Assembly: GCA_041660165.1 (NCBI GenBank)
Contig: JBAZWW010000003.1
Location: 68,352-132,351, forward strand
Direction of reading: 5' to 3'
Origin: Patescibacteria group bacterium
GTDB taxonomy: Bacteria > Patescibacteriota > Patescibacteriia > UBA9934
DNA length: 64,000 bases
This document shows, in pieces, positions 1-12,069 of the stretch; position 1 is the first letter of the stretch; each line of letters starts with the position of its first letter. The notes under the pieces were generated by a model. The model was given only the letters and a program-made list of their open reading frames with translations, made no database searches and had not been told where the DNA came from. The position numbers were made by a program, and so were the translations under genes.

Positions 1-98
1 GTTTTCATATAAGGAAATCGTACCACATAAGGAAAACCCCCGGGGCTAAGTGCCGGCGGGGGTCTTTGGATCCAGAATCCGCGGGTGCGGGTTTGGAA

Positions 99-626
99 TT
101 ACGGGGTCCAGCTGAAGACGGCCATGAGATTCGGGCGTTTGGCTTCCGGATCATAGAGCGGGGCCGTCCAGAGCTCGAAGTGCTGTCCTGCGAATCCCAG
201 CCGAACGCCAAGGCCGTTGTAGCGTTTGGCTATGACGCCGAACTTGAAACAGCCAACGCGTTCCGTGATGTCCACGCGGTACCACGGGCCGGTTCCGCCA
301 TCCTCCAGGATGACAAAGCCTTTGAACCCTTTTTTCGCGTAGAGCACCTTTGCAGCCACCCGCCAGAGTGACGGACTTGATTCGATTCCCGCGGACACGC
401 TGAGCGCCAGCTGGTCGTTCGGCTTCCAGACGGGGCCGAGGTAGGCCAGCGAGTATCCGGCGCTGACGGCTGAGAACGCGCTGACAGACCAGTGATCCGC
501 CAGCTTGGAGTCCGTGAAGACTATCAGGCTGGGCGTTACGCCGTCTGTGTTGATCCGGTTTTCCGTGGCGATGAAGACGAACTTGTCGCCCGCGAATGCC
601 GACACAACTAAGAAAACGATGAGCAT
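99..626 (-). CDS. Secreted hypothetical protein, beta-strand rich (possible small beta-barrel)
   Basis: 175-aa ORF with GGAGG SD, hydrophobic signal peptide ending AFA, about 10 alternating amphipathic strands and an aromatic C-terminus (VFSWTP). Confidence 0.6.
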   Translation of the reverse strand: MLIVFLVVSAFAGDKFVFIATENRINTDGVTPSLIVFTDSKLADHWSVSAFSAVSAGYSLAYLGPVWKPNDQLALSVSAGIESSPSLWRVAAKVLYAKKGFKGFVILEDGGTGPWYRVDITERVGCFKFGVIAKRYNGLGVRLGFAGQHFELWTAPLYDPEAKRPNLMAVFSWTP

Positions 627-658
627 GATTTCCTCCGGCCCTGACCTTAGCGAAAAAG

Positions 659-1471
659 TTACTTCTGGTCAATTTCCAGAATCATCGGCAAGTGGTCAGA
701 AACCGGCTCGTCTGGTACCTCGAACGATTGAACGTGAACACCCGGTGAGACAAAAGTGTAGTCCGCAAATTCTTGAAAGCCGTATTTTCCGTGTTCGTGT
801 TGCGGATGGAGTTTTCGCATGTGGGAACCGCGAGTTGTTTTGATGTTGTACTCGACGACGAGGTTTCTGTAGCCGGCTCGCTCGAACATTTTGATACTCT
901 CGGTCTCTGGAAAAAGATTGAAATCGCCCATGACGACTGATTCGCCAGGAAGTTTTGACATCATGTCGAGGATTTTCTGCGACTGCGCTATGCGCTTTGG
1001 CGTGTCGAGCTTGTTGGCTGGTTCCGAAACGCCATGAATGTTGCAGATGTTGAGCATTGAGCTGCCCAGTTTAAGCCGAATATAGAGAGCATTCGCGCCC
1101 AGAGTCTCGTAATCATGGCCAACGAGCGAATTGAAGCCGTTCGCAATGAAGAAATTTCCGCTTCCGGCGATCGGAAGCTCATTTTTCACAAAAATTGCCA
1201 GTCCCTCATCCGAACTACCAAGGTCATTCTGGTCAAAACCAAACTTTTCTTGAGTGACTGAAAACAACTCCTGAAAATTCGGCAGTCTGGATCTCAATTC
1301 ACTCAGCAAATTCAGCCGTTCGCCCTGCTCAGGCTGTGGAAACTCGCCATGCGCATTATTCATGACTTCTTGGAAGCAGAACACGTCCGTATCCGGCGCC
1401 ATCCGCTCGACAAATTCCATGAGTGGCTCAAAAACGTGACCGCCGTAAGTGTTGAGAGAGATGATTTTCAT
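659..1471 (-). CDS. Endonuclease/exonuclease/phosphatase (EEP) family protein
   Basis: Motifs MKIISLN, DVFCFQEV, MGDFN, DYTFVS and SDHLP; start moved to MKIISLN. Confidence 0.9.
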   Translation of the reverse strand: MKIISLNTYGGHVFEPLMEFVERMAPDTDVFCFQEVMNNAHGEFPQPEQGERLNLLSELRSRLPNFQELFSVTQEKFGFDQNDLGSSDEGLAIFVKNELPIAGSGNFFIANGFNSLVGHDYETLGANALYIRLKLGSSMLNICNIHGVSEPANKLDTPKRIAQSQKILDMMSKLPGESVVMGDFNLFPETESIKMFERAGYRNLVVEYNIKTTRGSHMRKLHPQHEHGKYGFQEFADYTFVSPGVHVQSFEVPDEPVSDHLPMILEIDQK

Positions 1472-1475
1472 ATTT

Positions 1476-2387
1476 TTACGTGCTAAGAATATATGTTCCG
1501 ATGAGCATGACAACAATTGCAATCAGTTTTTGGGCGATGTGCTTTTTTGTGAGGCTTTCTTTGGCAATATGGGGGAAGAAGATGGTGAGAAGCGCACCGT
1601 AGAGGAAAATGAAGAACGGCTGGAAGCCATTGAGCGTGGAAAGGACTGCGAGCGGGAGGGTAAGTGACAGGAAGGCGAAGTTCAGCCCGCCAAGGATGGT
1701 GATGATTTCATTGAAGACATTGAGTCCCAAGATTGGCACGTTATTAGTTTTGATTACGGCCAGGAATTCACGGCGATATCTCGGCACACAAGTGAAGAAC
1801 GTGATGCCCATGAGGCCATCGCCCACATACGTCCAAAAGATAGCCGTCCAATACTCTGTGCCAAGCGCGCCCATTTTGAGTATGAGCCAGCCAAGGGAGA
1901 TGAGGAATGATGACACAAGCATGAGGCCGAGGATCTTCTTGTTGAGCTTTGGCAACCGTCCGCCAAGCTCGAATGACAAGCCCACAGCCGCCAAAAGGAT
2001 AATAATCGAGCCGAGAATCTGCCGGCCACTCAGCACCTCGTGTAAAAATACCGCGCCGAGGATGAAGCTGAAAATGGGAATCGTTTGATAAAGCGGAGCT
2101 ACGTAGGACGTCTCGCCTTCCTGCATGGCGTAGAGATAGAGGAGAACGGAGACAATCCAGGTAATGCCCGCCAGCGTCATGAAGAGTGCTTGGGAGATGG
2201 AAACGGCGAGCACTTCTGGCCGAAAAAGATAGATAACGGGCAGAAAAAACACCATGATGACGGAGGAAAAGATGATGAGCGCTCCCGTTCCTCCGCCCTT
2301 GAAATACTTGCTAACTAGGTATTTATCAATGTGGTTGCTCATGCTCCAGAGGGCGGGGGAGATGAGGGCCAGAAGAAAGACGTGCAT
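1476..2387 (-). CDS. EamA/DMT family transporter
   Basis: 303 aa, about 10 TM segments in two repeats, includes LGAVFLHEVLSGRQILG. Confidence 0.85.
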   Translation of the reverse strand: MHVFLLALISPALWSMSNHIDKYLVSKYFKGGGTGALIIFSSVIMVFFLPVIYLFRPEVLAVSISQALFMTLAGITWIVSVLLYLYAMQEGETSYVAPLYQTIPIFSFILGAVFLHEVLSGRQILGSIIILLAAVGLSFELGGRLPKLNKKILGLMLVSSFLISLGWLILKMGALGTEYWTAIFWTYVGDGLMGITFFTCVPRYRREFLAVIKTNNVPILGLNVFNEIITILGGLNFAFLSLTLPLAVLSTLNGFQPFFIFLYGALLTIFFPHIAKESLTKKHIAQKLIAIVVMLIGTYILST

Positions 2388-2457
2388 ATGGCGCCAATCA
2401 TAACAACCTTGCCAACACTTGCCAAAAACGCTACCCTGCTTCTGTTTTCGACCAAAG

Positions 2458-2547
2458 GGAGAGGTGGCAGAGTGGTCGAATGCGCATGACTCGAAATCAT
2501 GTATACCTGAAAGGGTATCGAGGGTTCGACTCCCTCCCTCTCCGCCA
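2458..2547 (+). tRNA. tRNA-Ser(CGA)
   Basis: GGAGAGG/CCTCTCC acceptor stem, CATGA-CTCGAAA-TCATG anticodon arm, long variable arm, GGTTCGACTCC, encoded CCA. Confidence 0.96.
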
Positions 2548-2551
2548 TGTG

Positions 2552-2583
2552 AAACCGACCTGAAGGGGTCGGTTTTGCTTTTT
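2552..2583 (+). terminator. Intrinsic terminator after tRNA-Ser
   Basis: AAACCGACC...GGTCGGTTT hairpin followed by a T-rich tract. Confidence 0.7.
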
Positions 2584-2638
2584 GCATGCTATACTTTTTT
2601 CGTCATTTGTTCTTTAAAATTAAATAATTATCTATGTT

Positions 2639-3118
2639 ATGTCGCCCTTAGCGAAGCTTGATAAGGAAAAGGGGGAGTTCCGATGTGGCGAGTGTGGAAA
2701 GCTCCTTGTAAAAATCGGGCCAGCCCCCGATTCATATGAGGTGAAGTGTGGCCGGTGTGGGGAGAAAAATACGATTCTTGGGCGGCTCATTGAGCATACG
2801 ATTGTAACCGATACAAAGGGCAAGATTCTTTATGCGAATAGCGTAGTAGAAAAAGCGACGGGCTACTTGATATCCGAGGTGATCGGCCAGACGCCCTCAC
2901 TTTGGGGAGGGAAGACAGGCGAGGAAAATTACACAAGACTTCTTGCCTCAGTTGAGCAGAATAAACAGCCGATAATGACCACGGTTACGAATACGCGAAA
3001 GGACGGGGTGGTTTATCAAGCGGCAATAACGGTATCTCCTGTGCTCGACTCAAAAAATGAGATACAATTCATCGTGTTCATGGAGAGATGTATTGATCGG
3101 GAGACCAGGAATTTATAA
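2639..3118 (+). CDS. Com-family (phage Mu-like) C4 zinc finger fused to a PAS domain
   Basis: FRCGECGKLL...EVKCGRCG matches the Com zinc-ribbon pattern; IVTDTKGKILYAN...TGY...EVIG...RKDG...SPV is a PAS/PAC signature. Confidence 0.85.
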   Translation: MSPLAKLDKEKGEFRCGECGKLLVKIGPAPDSYEVKCGRCGEKNTILGRLIEHTIVTDTKGKILYANSVVEKATGYLISEVIGQTPSLWGGKTGEENYTRLLASVEQNKQPIMTTVTNTRKDGVVYQAAITVSPVLDSKNEIQFIVFMERCIDRETRNL

Positions 3119-3119
3119 T

Positions 3120-3242
3120 ATTGCGCGCCACAGAGCGCCGTGCAATGAGTGAGAGGATCTCGAATCCCGATACGCGGATTCGTTTTTTTATATAACTTTA
3201 GAGAGCCTTTGAGCACCGGTACCGATCGTTTGATCAGGTGCT
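3120..3242 (+). promoter_or_regulatory. Structured leader with two bipartite GAGnnCC-N3-GAGnnCC motifs, a terminator and a start-proximal hairpin
   Basis: GCGCGCC-ACA-GAGCGCC at 3123-3139; GAGAGCC-TTT-GAGCACC at 3201-3217; AGCACC (3212-3217) pairs with GGTGCT (3237-3242) immediately before the ATG at 3243. Confidence 0.6.
3161..3189 (+). terminator. Intrinsic terminator or attenuator between the Com-PAS gene and the giant gene
   Basis: CGAATCC/GGATTCG stem followed by T7. Confidence 0.7.
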
Positions 3243-6200
3243 ATGCACAAATTTTACGGCAGTTTCACACAGCCTCTTTTCGCTAAACTTATCATAGTAT
3301 TTTTCTTTTTCGTATTTTCATTTTCTTCAATAGGTATTGCCCAGGCAACGGTTTATTTGCCGGGCGAAACGCTTGCTCCGGATTGTGCGCCGGGTGCTTC
3401 AAGTTGCGGTGTACTTCCTATCGGCGACGCGCATACGGGTTCCGGTGCACCTTCGCTTGTAAGCCCGAATACCGGCGCGCTCTACTTTGATACAGCGGGC
3501 GGTATTTTGTATTCGTACAACGGTACTTCATGGGTGAGCGTGGGAAGTGGAACGACAATAACCAGCTTGAATGGTCAGACGGGTGCCTCACAAACATTTG
3601 CAACGGGTACGTCAGGAGCTGACGTAAACTTCGTTTCTGCCGGAGATATCCACACGCTGAATATTCCAAGTGCCTCCGTGTTGAACCGCGGGCTTGTCAC
3701 TATTGGCGCGCAAACATTTGGCGGGGTGAAGACCTTTGCAGACGGACTCGTAATGAACGGAAACGTTGTTGCTCCAAGCGGAACAAACTACACAACAACC
3801 GGCACGCAAAATGACGTGGATCTTGGTACGGGCTCATTCTTCCGTTATACGGGCGCAGGAGTTGCGACCTTTACGGGTTTTGCGGGAGGAGCTGATGGTC
3901 GAATGGTCCGTGTCACAAACGCATCTTCATCAAATCTCACCATTCAGCATCAAAATACGGGATCTGTAGCTGCGAACAGAATTATCATCGAAACTGGGCT
4001 GGACGCGATCATCACGCCAAACTCTACGTTTGACATGCAGTATGACGCGAGTACTGCCCGTTGGCGTATTGCGGTGTTGCCAACCACCTCATCTCAAAGT
4101 TTTGCACAGGGCGGTAACGCTTTTGGTGGAGTAGCCACTATTGGAACCACGGATGCTAACGCTCTCAACATCATCAGCGGTGGGACAACACGTTTTACAC
4201 TTGCTGCCGGTGCCTCAACGCTCACGGGGTCTGGTTCCACATCACTCATTTCCACCGGCGCGCTCGCTCTTTCGTCGGGGACGGCCTCGACCATTGGCAT
4301 CACCACTGGCACAACGGGAGTGTTGACACTCGACTCCGGCACAACGGGTGCGGTAAACCTTGGGAACGGATCAAACTCGAAAATTATCACTATTGGCAAC
4401 ACTACCGGTACGACGGCCTTAAACTTGAACAGCGGTTCCGGAGGCATTTCGCTAGTCGGAAACACAACCGTTACGGGAAGTCATACGTTTGCGACGGGTA
4501 CGGGATTGACCACCATCAATTCAACCCAAATGACACTTGCCGGGAATGGGATGGTGATAGATATGACCGGCACAGGGACGCTTGGCCTCAACACTACAAC
4601 GGATAGACCAATCACAACGGGTACGGGACTGACCACTTTGTCCGGTGATACGGACGTGGGCGGTCACATGATTGTGGCGGGGAACTTTGCCACAACCAGG
4701 GGCGCAGATTATTCAACAACCGGTGTCCAGAATAACGTTAATCTTGGCGCGGGATCATTTATCCGTTTTACTGCCGCAGGGGACGCAACATTCACAGGTA
4801 TCCTTCCAGGAGTTGATGGTCAAGATCTCACGCTCATGAACGTGGCAGGAGCGGGTACACTGACGTTGGCAAATAACAGCTCATCATCAGTTGTGGCGAA
4901 TAGGATTATTACCGGTACCGGTGGAGATCTCAGCATTGCTCCGGATACAGCCGTGCTTCTTCAATATGAGCTAACCCCTTTAGGCGAATCCGAGTGGCAT
5001 GTTATTTCTCCGCCTTCAAGCGTGGCCGCTATCGCAACTGCCGCTTTTCTTCAAAATGGAAATTCTTTTGCGGGAACGGCAACTTTAGGAACGAATGACT
5101 TCTTTGGCTTAAATTTTGAAACGAATAACGTGACAGCATTGGCGCTTGATACTTCCGGGAACGGTACGCTGACGGGTGATCTGACGGTGACGGGCGGAGA
5201 CATTTCTACTCCGGCGGCAACAGCTTTGAACGTGAAGACCGGGACAACTGGTGCCCTGACGCTTGATTCGGGAACAACGGGTGCTATTAACATAGGCACT
5301 GGTGCCAATGAGAAAGTAATCACCATCGGGAACACAACCGGGGCTTCAGCCATTCATCTGGATGCTGGAACCGGCGGGCTTCATATCAATGCAAATACGA
5401 CATTCACAGATGGTAATGCCTTTAGTTCCGGCTCAGGGGTATTTTCTATCTTGGGTAACTTTGTCACCCCGAAGGGGACAGACTATGCTTTAACTGGTAC
5501 CCAGAATAACGTCGCTCTCGGTACGGGGATGTTGTTCCGTTTCACCGGAGTTGCCCCGGCGACTATTACTGGTATTGCCAATGGTGCGGACGGCAGGCAA
5601 ATCAGGATAACGAACGCCTCATCCTCAAATATATCCATCACCAATGAGGATTCCGGATCGTTAGTGGCGAATAGAGTCCTCACCGCGAATGGAACAACCG
5701 CTACGTTAAAACCGAACGGCTCTGTTGGTTTGTTGTATGACTCAGGATCACTACGCTGGCGCGTATTTAGCCTCCCCGTTGAGGATGTTGCCGTGGTGGC
5801 AGGCGGGAATACTTTGGGCGCGGTGTTGAACATAGGTACAGTGGACTCTTATGCGCTCAATCTTAAGACAAATAACGTTACTGCTTTAGCAATTGATACT
5901 TCAAGTAATGCAAACTTTACGGGAGATATCACGGTGACGGGAGGTGATATTGCTACACCAGCTACATCGGCATTAAATATTACGACTGGTACCACAGGCA
6001 TTCTCACTCTGGACTCTGGCAGTACCGGGGCCGTGAATCTTGGTACTGGGGCGAGTGCAAAAACAGTGACAGTTGGCAACACCACAACCACATCGACGTT
6101 GAACCTCCAGTCGGGAACCGGAAATATTAACTTACAAGTTGCGGGTACAAGCGCAATTGGCAACGTACAAATTGGCGCGGGCACGGGATCTGCCACGCCG

Positions 6201-9200
6201 GATCTTTTGGTGCTCGACATAAAAAATAATGATGGAACAGATCCTGCTGGCGGAATAAACGGTGCAAGCTACTACAATACAACGAGTAACAAGTTTCGTT
6301 GTTATGAAGGCGGGGGATGGAAGGATTGTGACACCACCGGCGGGACGACTACGTTGCAGTCCGCATATAACTCCGGCCAAACGATCACGACATCATCCGC
6401 GCATGACCTTGCGCTTACGCTCACGAGCGGAAATTTCACCGCGTCCGGTGCCGGTGCAGTCACATTAACGCCAACAGGTGCGTCAAGCTTTACGTCCGGT
6501 GGTGCGCTGACTTTGACTGGTGGTGCCGCCTCAACATGGGGAACTACAACCGGCAACCTTAACGTGCAGGTTGCGGGCACGGGGACAACGGGGAACGTAC
6601 AAATCGGCGCAGGCGGGGCGGGATCGGCCACGCCCGACTTCTTTGTTGTTGACACAAAGTCTGCGGTAAGCGGTTCGGGAGATCCGTTAGGCGGGACACC
6701 GGGCGCGAGTTATTACAATATTGCCAGCGATAAGTTCCGTTGTTATGAAGGTGCCGGGTGGAAAGATTGTGACACGGGTGGCGGAGTTGGCGCGCAAACG
6801 TTGAACGGCCAGGGCGGAGCATCACAAACGCTTGTTGTGGGCACAACCGGTACAGATTTCAACATTGTTTCTGCTCTCGATGTTCATACGTTCAATTTGC
6901 CTGACGCCTCTACCACCGCTCGCGGTCTGCTGACCACGGGCGTCCAAACGCTTGGCGGGGCAAAGACTTTCAATGACGATCTGTTGGTGAACGGCTTGAC
7001 CACCCTTGGCAATGCTACCGGTGACACCGTGACGGTAAATGGCTCAACCTTCACTTTTGCTGGCAATAGCACTGTTCTAGACATGACGGGAACCGGCGTG
7101 CTGAGTTTGAACACAGTGACAAATCGGCCAATTACCACCGGTACCGGACTCTTTACGGCAAGCGGCGCGGCAACAGTTGCGGGTACATTTTCTAACTCCG
7201 GAAATTACGTAACACCTAAGGGCACGGATTACACCACCACGGGATCACAAAACAATGTCAATCTCGGAACCGGCTCATTGATCCGCTATACCGGTATTTC
7301 CCAAGCAACATTTACCGGCTTGGCCGGTGGTACTGATGGTCGATTTATCCGTATTATTAATGCTTCATCGTCAGACCTCATCTTTACGAATCAGGACATT
7401 TCTTCGACAGACACAAATCGCATCATTACCACTACGGGTGGTGCTCTGACGATTGGTTCAGACGTTTCTATCAGTATGCAGTACGACTCCGGTGTTAGTC
7501 GTTGGCGAGTAATCATTCTACCGGTTACATCTGGTACTCTAGCTGACATCGCATTCATTCAGAATGGTAACGCCTTCGGTTCTGCGGCAAATCTTGGCAC
7601 TACAGATGCTTTTGCGCTCAATCTGAAGACAAACGGGGCGAATGCCTTAGTTCTTGATACCTCCGGCAATGGAGATCTGACCGGCGACTTTACCGTGACT
7701 GGTGGCGATGTCGTCACTCCGTCCGGTACGTCGCTTAACGTAACCGCTGGCACTACCGGCGTCTTGACGCTTGACTCCGGTTCTACGGGAGCAATCAATC
7801 TCGGTACCGGGGCAAATGCCAAAACAATCACGATCGGTAATACATCCGGTGCAACGGAGGTACATGTACTTTCCGGCTCGGGTAACTTTGATCTGACCGC
7901 GCCCAGTGCAACGTTCAAAACCGCCACAACCACAGACGACAAACTTGCGCTCGTTCCTCATACCGGCGCAGCTTCCTCTTTCACGGGATCAATTACTTCC
8001 GCAGATTTGACGGTGAGTGGAAAGACGTGGACTTTCCCAAACCTGACAGGCAACGTTCTGCTTGATACTTCAACTTGTCTTTCAACGGGCTCGATAACGT
8101 GTAATGCGGGAAACAATACCGGAGCAGCACTTTCGATTGGTACTTTAGACGCGAATGCGTTGGATCTTATGACTGGTGGCACTACCCGTTTCGCTGTTGC
8201 CGCTGCTTCTTCCACGCTCACCGGTACAGGTTCGACAACGCTTGCTTCCACCGGCGCGCTCGCTCTGTCATCTGCTGCGGCCTCGACCATAGGTATCACC
8301 ACAGGCACAACGGGTATCCTTACGCTTGATTCCGGAACAACGGGCGCAGTAAACCTTGGTACGGGTGCAAGTTCGAAAACAATCACCATTGGCAACACAA
8401 CAGGTACGACTACGCTGAATCTGAACAGCGGGTCAGGCGGGGTTGTGATGGGTGGCAACGCTTCAGTTTCTGGCACTAATACTTTTACAACCGGTACCGG
8501 CACAACCACCATCAATTCAACCGCCATCACGCTTGCCGGCGCAAGTGCGGTTATTGATTTGTCGAGTGGAACTCTTGGGATCAATACCGCAACAAATCAG
8601 GCGGTCACCTTTGGTTCCGGGTTGGTTACTATGAATGGAGGCCTTACGGTTACGGGAGCAATTTCCGCTTCTGACGGTTTTTCTACGCCAAAGGGTACGG
8701 ACTACTCCACTACAGGCATTACCAATGACGTTAATTTTGGAAATGGTTCACTATTCCGTTATACCGGAGTGGGTTCGGCAACAATCACCGGTTTTGCCGG
8801 TGGTTCTGATGGCAAATACGTCCGCTTCATGAATGCTTCCACATTCGGCCTCACTATTGATAATGAGTCTGTCAGTTCCATTGCGGCCAATAGAGTCATT
8901 ACCGGAACGGGTAGCGCTCTTACTATTCCGGCGGATGGAACTTTTTGTGCGCAATACGACATCACCGCTACACGGTGGCGTTTAGGATGTACCCCAGCGA
9001 ACGCGAGTACAATTAGTTCTTTTGGATTCATTCAGGGAGGAAATGCTTTTGCCGCCACCGCTACTCTTGGTACAACGGATGCGAACGCTTTGAACCTTCT
9101 GACGGGTGGTGCAACAAGGTTTGCGGTTGCTGCTGGCACACCTACGCTCACGGGTACAGGCTCGACCATTCATACGTCAACAGGGACAATGACACTTTCC

Positions 9201-11333
9201 TCTGCGGCCGGTTCAAATCTGACCGTTGATTCCGGAACAACAGGATCGGTTTTCCTGGGAACAGGCATAGCAGCAAAGACGATTACTATCGGAAATGGAG
9301 CGGATGACACGTTCTCGCTTAACTCCTCGGCTCTTGTTGTCTCAACGGCTGGAGCATTGACGGGTGTGGCTTCGCTTGACACCGTCGCAACATCAGCAAC
9401 CGCCTTTACCTTCGCCGGTGCCGGAGCTATTTCTTCAACAACATCATCTGCCATGACGATCGATTCCGGTTCAACGGGTGACGTGAACCTTGGTACTGGC
9501 GGTACGGCAAAAACGGTGAATGTAGGTAACGTAACGGGAGGTACGACATTGAACTTGAAATCAGGGACAGGCGGTATTTTGATGACGGTTGACAGCACTG
9601 CGTCAAGCGGCCAGGTACGTATTGGCAACAGCGCAACCGCCACGCCGGATTTATTAGTACTCGATAACGGAACGGCAGACCCAACCGGAGTGAATGGTGG
9701 GATGTATTACTCGACGGCCACAAACAAGTTCCGTTGTTATGAAAATGGCGCGTGGGCAAATTGCATAGGCGGTGGAACGAGCTCGACATCAAAATTCGTT
9801 GTGAAGGGTGCAGATGAAAATGTTCCAACAGGGAACACGCTCCAAACTGATGATGCACTGACGTTTGCGGTGGGAGCAAGCGAAACATGGGTGTTCCAAT
9901 TCAATCTCATGGTTGATAACTTGAGTAGCACGGCACCTGATTGGCAAGCAGCAATTTTGGGCGCATCGGGTTGGACCTGTAACTTCATCATGCACGGCGA
10001 GGAACCAGGCAGCTCTGCCTTCCCACAGTCAGCGGGAACCGATTGTGACAACGTGCCTACCGCGGTAGCAGACGGCACAATTGCTTCCAACGGTGGAATT
10101 CCATTTGAGGTAGTGTTGCAGGGAAGTATTACAACAACGAGCAGTGGATCAGTTACGCTGGAATGGGCTCCAAACACCAGCGGAAGCCTAACGGTGAAAG
10201 CGGGAAGCTTTGTTATCGCGCAGAAAGTTGGCGGTGCTGACTTGGCTGAAGTGTATTACACGAGGGATTCTGGAATGAGACCCGGAGATGTGGTGAGCAT
10301 TGATGGATCTATAGCGTCAGGGGTTAAGAAATCAACCGTTGCGCGTGATCCTAAGGTGATTGGCATTATTTCAACAAAACCGGGGTTGATCCTTGGCGAC
10401 GCAGAAGTGAACACGGAAGATTTCCCGGTTTTTGTAGCCCTGTCCGGAAGAGTGCCGGTGAGGGTAGTTACAGAAAATGGTTCGATTGGAGTTGGCGATT
10501 ACCTCACACCCGCTTCAGAACCGGGCACGGCCATGAAATCCGATGGGACAGGCCCTGTTATTGGACAGGCCATGTCTGCGTATGACGGCGAGGGGATTGG
10601 CACGGTTCTTGCCTTCGTTAAGAGTTTTGACTTGGGAGATGAGAGGCTGGTGCTTCTAGGAGACATCTCGCCAAAGCCGAAGGCCGACGGATCAGACAAT
10701 GGTCTTTCCACGTTCGTTGCCATGCTTCAGGCTGAGACGGCGCATGACCCTGTGATAATCATTGGCGAGAAGATTGCAGGCGGAAAGGACTTCCTTACAG
10801 ACTTTGTCTCCGCTCGCGTTACAGCAATCCGCGGATACTTTGATGAAGTGTTCGCAAAGAAAGTGCACACGGAACAGCTTTGTGTGAAGAAGGCGGATGG
10901 TACGGAGGCGTGTTTTGACGGAGACCAATTGCAACAGGCAATCAATGGGGAAGGGCCTCTAGCGAATTTCTCGGCGCCATCGAATAGCCCGGCACCTGCT
11001 CCGGCACCGGAGACCTTGACGTCGATGACCGATGTGATTGCGCCGACAGAAACAGCAACGCCGGAAATCATAGCCCTTCCTGCTGACGTGTCTTCTGACA
11101 CGGTACCAAATGAAGCAACGACAGATACTTCGGCTCCTGTAGTGGAGACGGTTCCAATTGTGGACGCCCCGGTTTCCGCCGAGGAACCGGTGAGCGAGCC
11201 TGTTGTCATTGAAGCGCCTGCGGGTGTTCCTGACATTGTGCCAGCGCCCTTGGACGTAGCCCCTGTGAGTGAGCCGGCACCAGCGCCAGAATCTGCACCA
11301 GAATCGGCTCCTGCTCCTGACCCAGCTCCTTAA
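3243..11333 (+). CDS. Giant repetitive T/G-rich surface fibre or adhesin with a C-terminal tailspike-chaperone-like (peptidase G2/S74-like) domain
   Basis: 2696 aa with a signal peptide and recurring modules ([20 protein letters not shown]...[21 protein letters not shown]...RWR); ADLAEVY...GIISTKPG...ALSGRVPV near the C-terminus; P/E/A-rich tail. Confidence 0.8.
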   Translation: MHKFYGSFTQPLFAKLIIVFFFFVFSFSSIGIAQATVYLPGETLAPDCAPGASSCGVLPIGDAHTGSGAPSLVSPNTGALYFDTAGGILYSYNGTSWVSVGSGTTITSLNGQTGASQTFATGTSGADVNFVSAGDIHTLNIPSASVLNRGLVTIGAQTFGGVKTFADGLVMNGNVVAPSGTNYTTTGTQNDVDLGTGSFFRYTGAGVATFTGFAGGADGRMVRVTNASSSNLTIQHQNTGSVAANRIIIETGLDAIITPNSTFDMQYDASTARWRIAVLPTTSSQSFAQGGNAFGGVATIGTTDANALNIISGGTTRFTLAAGASTLTGSGSTSLISTGALALSSGTASTIGITTGTTGVLTLDSGTTGAVNLGNGSNSKIITIGNTTGTTALNLNSGSGGISLVGNTTVTGSHTFATGTGLTTINSTQMTLAGNGMVIDMTGTGTLGLNTTTDRPITTGTGLTTLSGDTDVGGHMIVAGNFATTRGADYSTTGVQNNVNLGAGSFIRFTAAGDATFTGILPGVDGQDLTLMNVAGAGTLTLANNSSSSVVANRIITGTGGDLSIAPDTAVLLQYELTPLGESEWHVISPPSSVAAIATAAFLQNGNSFAGTATLGTNDFFGLNFETNNVTALALDTSGNGTLTGDLTVTGGDISTPAATALNVKTGTTGALTLDSGTTGAINIGTGANEKVITIGNTTGASAIHLDAGTGGLHINANTTFTDGNAFSSGSGVFSILGNFVTPKGTDYALTGTQNNVALGTGMLFRFTGVAPATITGIANGADGRQIRITNASSSNISITNEDSGSLVANRVLTANGTTATLKPNGSVGLLYDSGSLRWRVFSLPVEDVAVVAGGNTLGAVLNIGTVDSYALNLKTNNVTALAIDTSSNANFTGDITVTGGDIATPATSALNITTGTTGILTLDSGSTGAVNLGTGASAKTVTVGNTTTTSTLNLQSGTGNINLQVAGTSAIGNVQIGAGTGSATPDLLVLDIKNNDGTDPAGGINGASYYNTTSNKFRCYEGGGWKDCDTTGGTTTLQSAYNSGQTITTSSAHDLALTLTSGNFTASGAGAVTLTPTGASSFTSGGALTLTGGAASTWGTTTGNLNVQVAGTGTTGNVQIGAGGAGSATPDFFVVDTKSAVSGSGDPLGGTPGASYYNIASDKFRCYEGAGWKDCDTGGGVGAQTLNGQGGASQTLVVGTTGTDFNIVSALDVHTFNLPDASTTARGLLTTGVQTLGGAKTFNDDLLVNGLTTLGNATGDTVTVNGSTFTFAGNSTVLDMTGTGVLSLNTVTNRPITTGTGLFTASGAATVAGTFSNSGNYVTPKGTDYTTTGSQNNVNLGTGSLIRYTGISQATFTGLAGGTDGRFIRIINASSSDLIFTNQDISSTDTNRIITTTGGALTIGSDVSISMQYDSGVSRWRVIILPVTSGTLADIAFIQNGNAFGSAANLGTTDAFALNLKTNGANALVLDTSGNGDLTGDFTVTGGDVVTPSGTSLNVTAGTTGVLTLDSGSTGAINLGTGANAKTITIGNTSGATEVHVLSGSGNFDLTAPSATFKTATTTDDKLALVPHTGAASSFTGSITSADLTVSGKTWTFPNLTGNVLLDTSTCLSTGSITCNAGNNTGAALSIGTLDANALDLMTGGTTRFAVAAASSTLTGTGSTTLASTGALALSSAAASTIGITTGTTGILTLDSGTTGAVNLGTGASSKTITIGNTTGTTTLNLNSGSGGVVMGGNASVSGTNTFTTGTGTTTINSTAITLAGASAVIDLSSGTLGINTATNQAVTFGSGLVTMNGGLTVTGAISASDGFSTPKGTDYSTTGITNDVNFGNGSLFRYTGVGSATITGFAGGSDGKYVRFMNASTFGLTIDNESVSSIAANRVITGTGSALTIPADGTFCAQYDITATRWRLGCTPANASTISSFGFIQGGNAFAATATLGTTDANALNLLTGGATRFAVAAGTPTLTGTGSTIHTSTGTMTLSSAAGSNLTVDSGTTGSVFLGTGIAAKTITIGNGADDTFSLNSSALVVSTAGALTGVASLDTVATSATAFTFAGAGAISSTTSSAMTIDSGSTGDVNLGTGGTAKTVNVGNVTGGTTLNLKSGTGGILMTVDSTASSGQVRIGNSATATPDLLVLDNGTADPTGVNGGMYYSTATNKFRCYENGAWANCIGGGTSSTSKFVVKGADENVPTGNTLQTDDALTFAVGASETWVFQFNLMVDNLSSTAPDWQAAILGASGWTCNFIMHGEEPGSSAFPQSAGTDCDNVPTAVADGTIASNGGIPFEVVLQGSITTTSSGSVTLEWAPNTSGSLTVKAGSFVIAQKVGGADLAEVYYTRDSGMRPGDVVSIDGSIASGVKKSTVARDPKVIGIISTKPGLILGDAEVNTEDFPVFVALSGRVPVRVVTENGSIGVGDYLTPASEPGTAMKSDGTGPVIGQAMSAYDGEGIGTVLAFVKSFDLGDERLVLLGDISPKPKADGSDNGLSTFVAMLQAETAHDPVIIIGEKIAGGKDFLTDFVSARVTAIRGYFDEVFAKKVHTEQLCVKKADGTEACFDGDQLQQAINGEGPLANFSAPSNSPAPAPAPETLTSMTDVIAPTETATPEIIALPADVSSDTVPNEATTDTSAPVVETVPIVDAPVSAEEPVSEPVVIEAPAGVPDIVPAPLDVAPVSEPAPAPESAPESAPAPDPAP

Positions 11334-11347
11334 ATCTAATTATTTCT

Positions 11348-12064
11348 ATGAACATCTCAAGAAGCCCTCTTCGCGTGATCCCCGCTATCGTCTCAAAAAT
11401 CTTTCACGCCCTGAGTATTGAGCGCGCATTGCTCGGTCTGCTCATTGTCATGGCTGTTGCCGGCACGGGGAGTTCTGTTTATTTCTATAAGCGCTACACC
11501 GCGCTCAAGGCAAACCCGAATGCAGAGGCGCAGAAAGAAAGCGCGGCTTTGCTTGAGGCGCTTGGCAAGCATATTGAGTTGCCAAAAGATGAGACGCCTT
11601 CGGTTGTGACTATTGTTGATAAAACAAAACTGGCTGATCAAGCATTTTTCAAAAATGCGGAGAATGGAGATGTGTTATTTGCCTACGTGACAACTAAAGA
11701 AGCTATTCTCTATCGGCCATCCACGAACAAAATCATCCAAGTGGCCTCTATTAACGTGAGCGCTGATGCGGCCACGCAGACCGCGCCTGCCGAGTTGTCG
11801 GTGGCCTATTACAACGGAACAACAACGGCTGGGCTTACGACCGCCACTGAAAAACTCGTTAAGGACGCCTTCAGTTCATACAAAACAGCGTCAGTCACAG
11901 TGGCAGCAAAAACAAATTACACACAAACCATTGTGGTAGATGTTTCAGGCAAACACGCTGAAGAAGCCGCGAAGGTCGCGGAAGTTGTCCATGGCATCGT
12001 TGCCGGATTGCCTGATGGGGAGGCCGTGCCAAACGCGGATTTGCTGATTATTTCAGGTAAGTAA
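11348..12064 (+). CDS. Membrane-anchored LytR C-terminal domain protein
   Basis: One TM segment; C-terminal VAYYNGTTTAGL...ADLLIISGK pattern. Confidence 0.75.
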   Translation: MNISRSPLRVIPAIVSKIFHALSIERALLGLLIVMAVAGTGSSVYFYKRYTALKANPNAEAQKESAALLEALGKHIELPKDETPSVVTIVDKTKLADQAFFKNAENGDVLFAYVTTKEAILYRPSTNKIIQVASINVSADAATQTAPAELSVAYYNGTTTAGLTTATEKLVKDAFSSYKTASVTVAAKTNYTQTIVVDVSGKHAEEAAKVAEVVHGIVAGLPDGEAVPNADLLIISGK

Positions 12065-12069
12065 ATTGT

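Noticed and set aside
2339-2661. Short ORFs over tRNA-Ser (similarly 52586-53018 and 55366-55554)
   Set aside because: They overlap clear tRNA genes.
4094-11236. Many minus-strand ORFs rich in V/P/A
   Set aside because: Antisense shadows of the Thr/Gly-rich giant gene.
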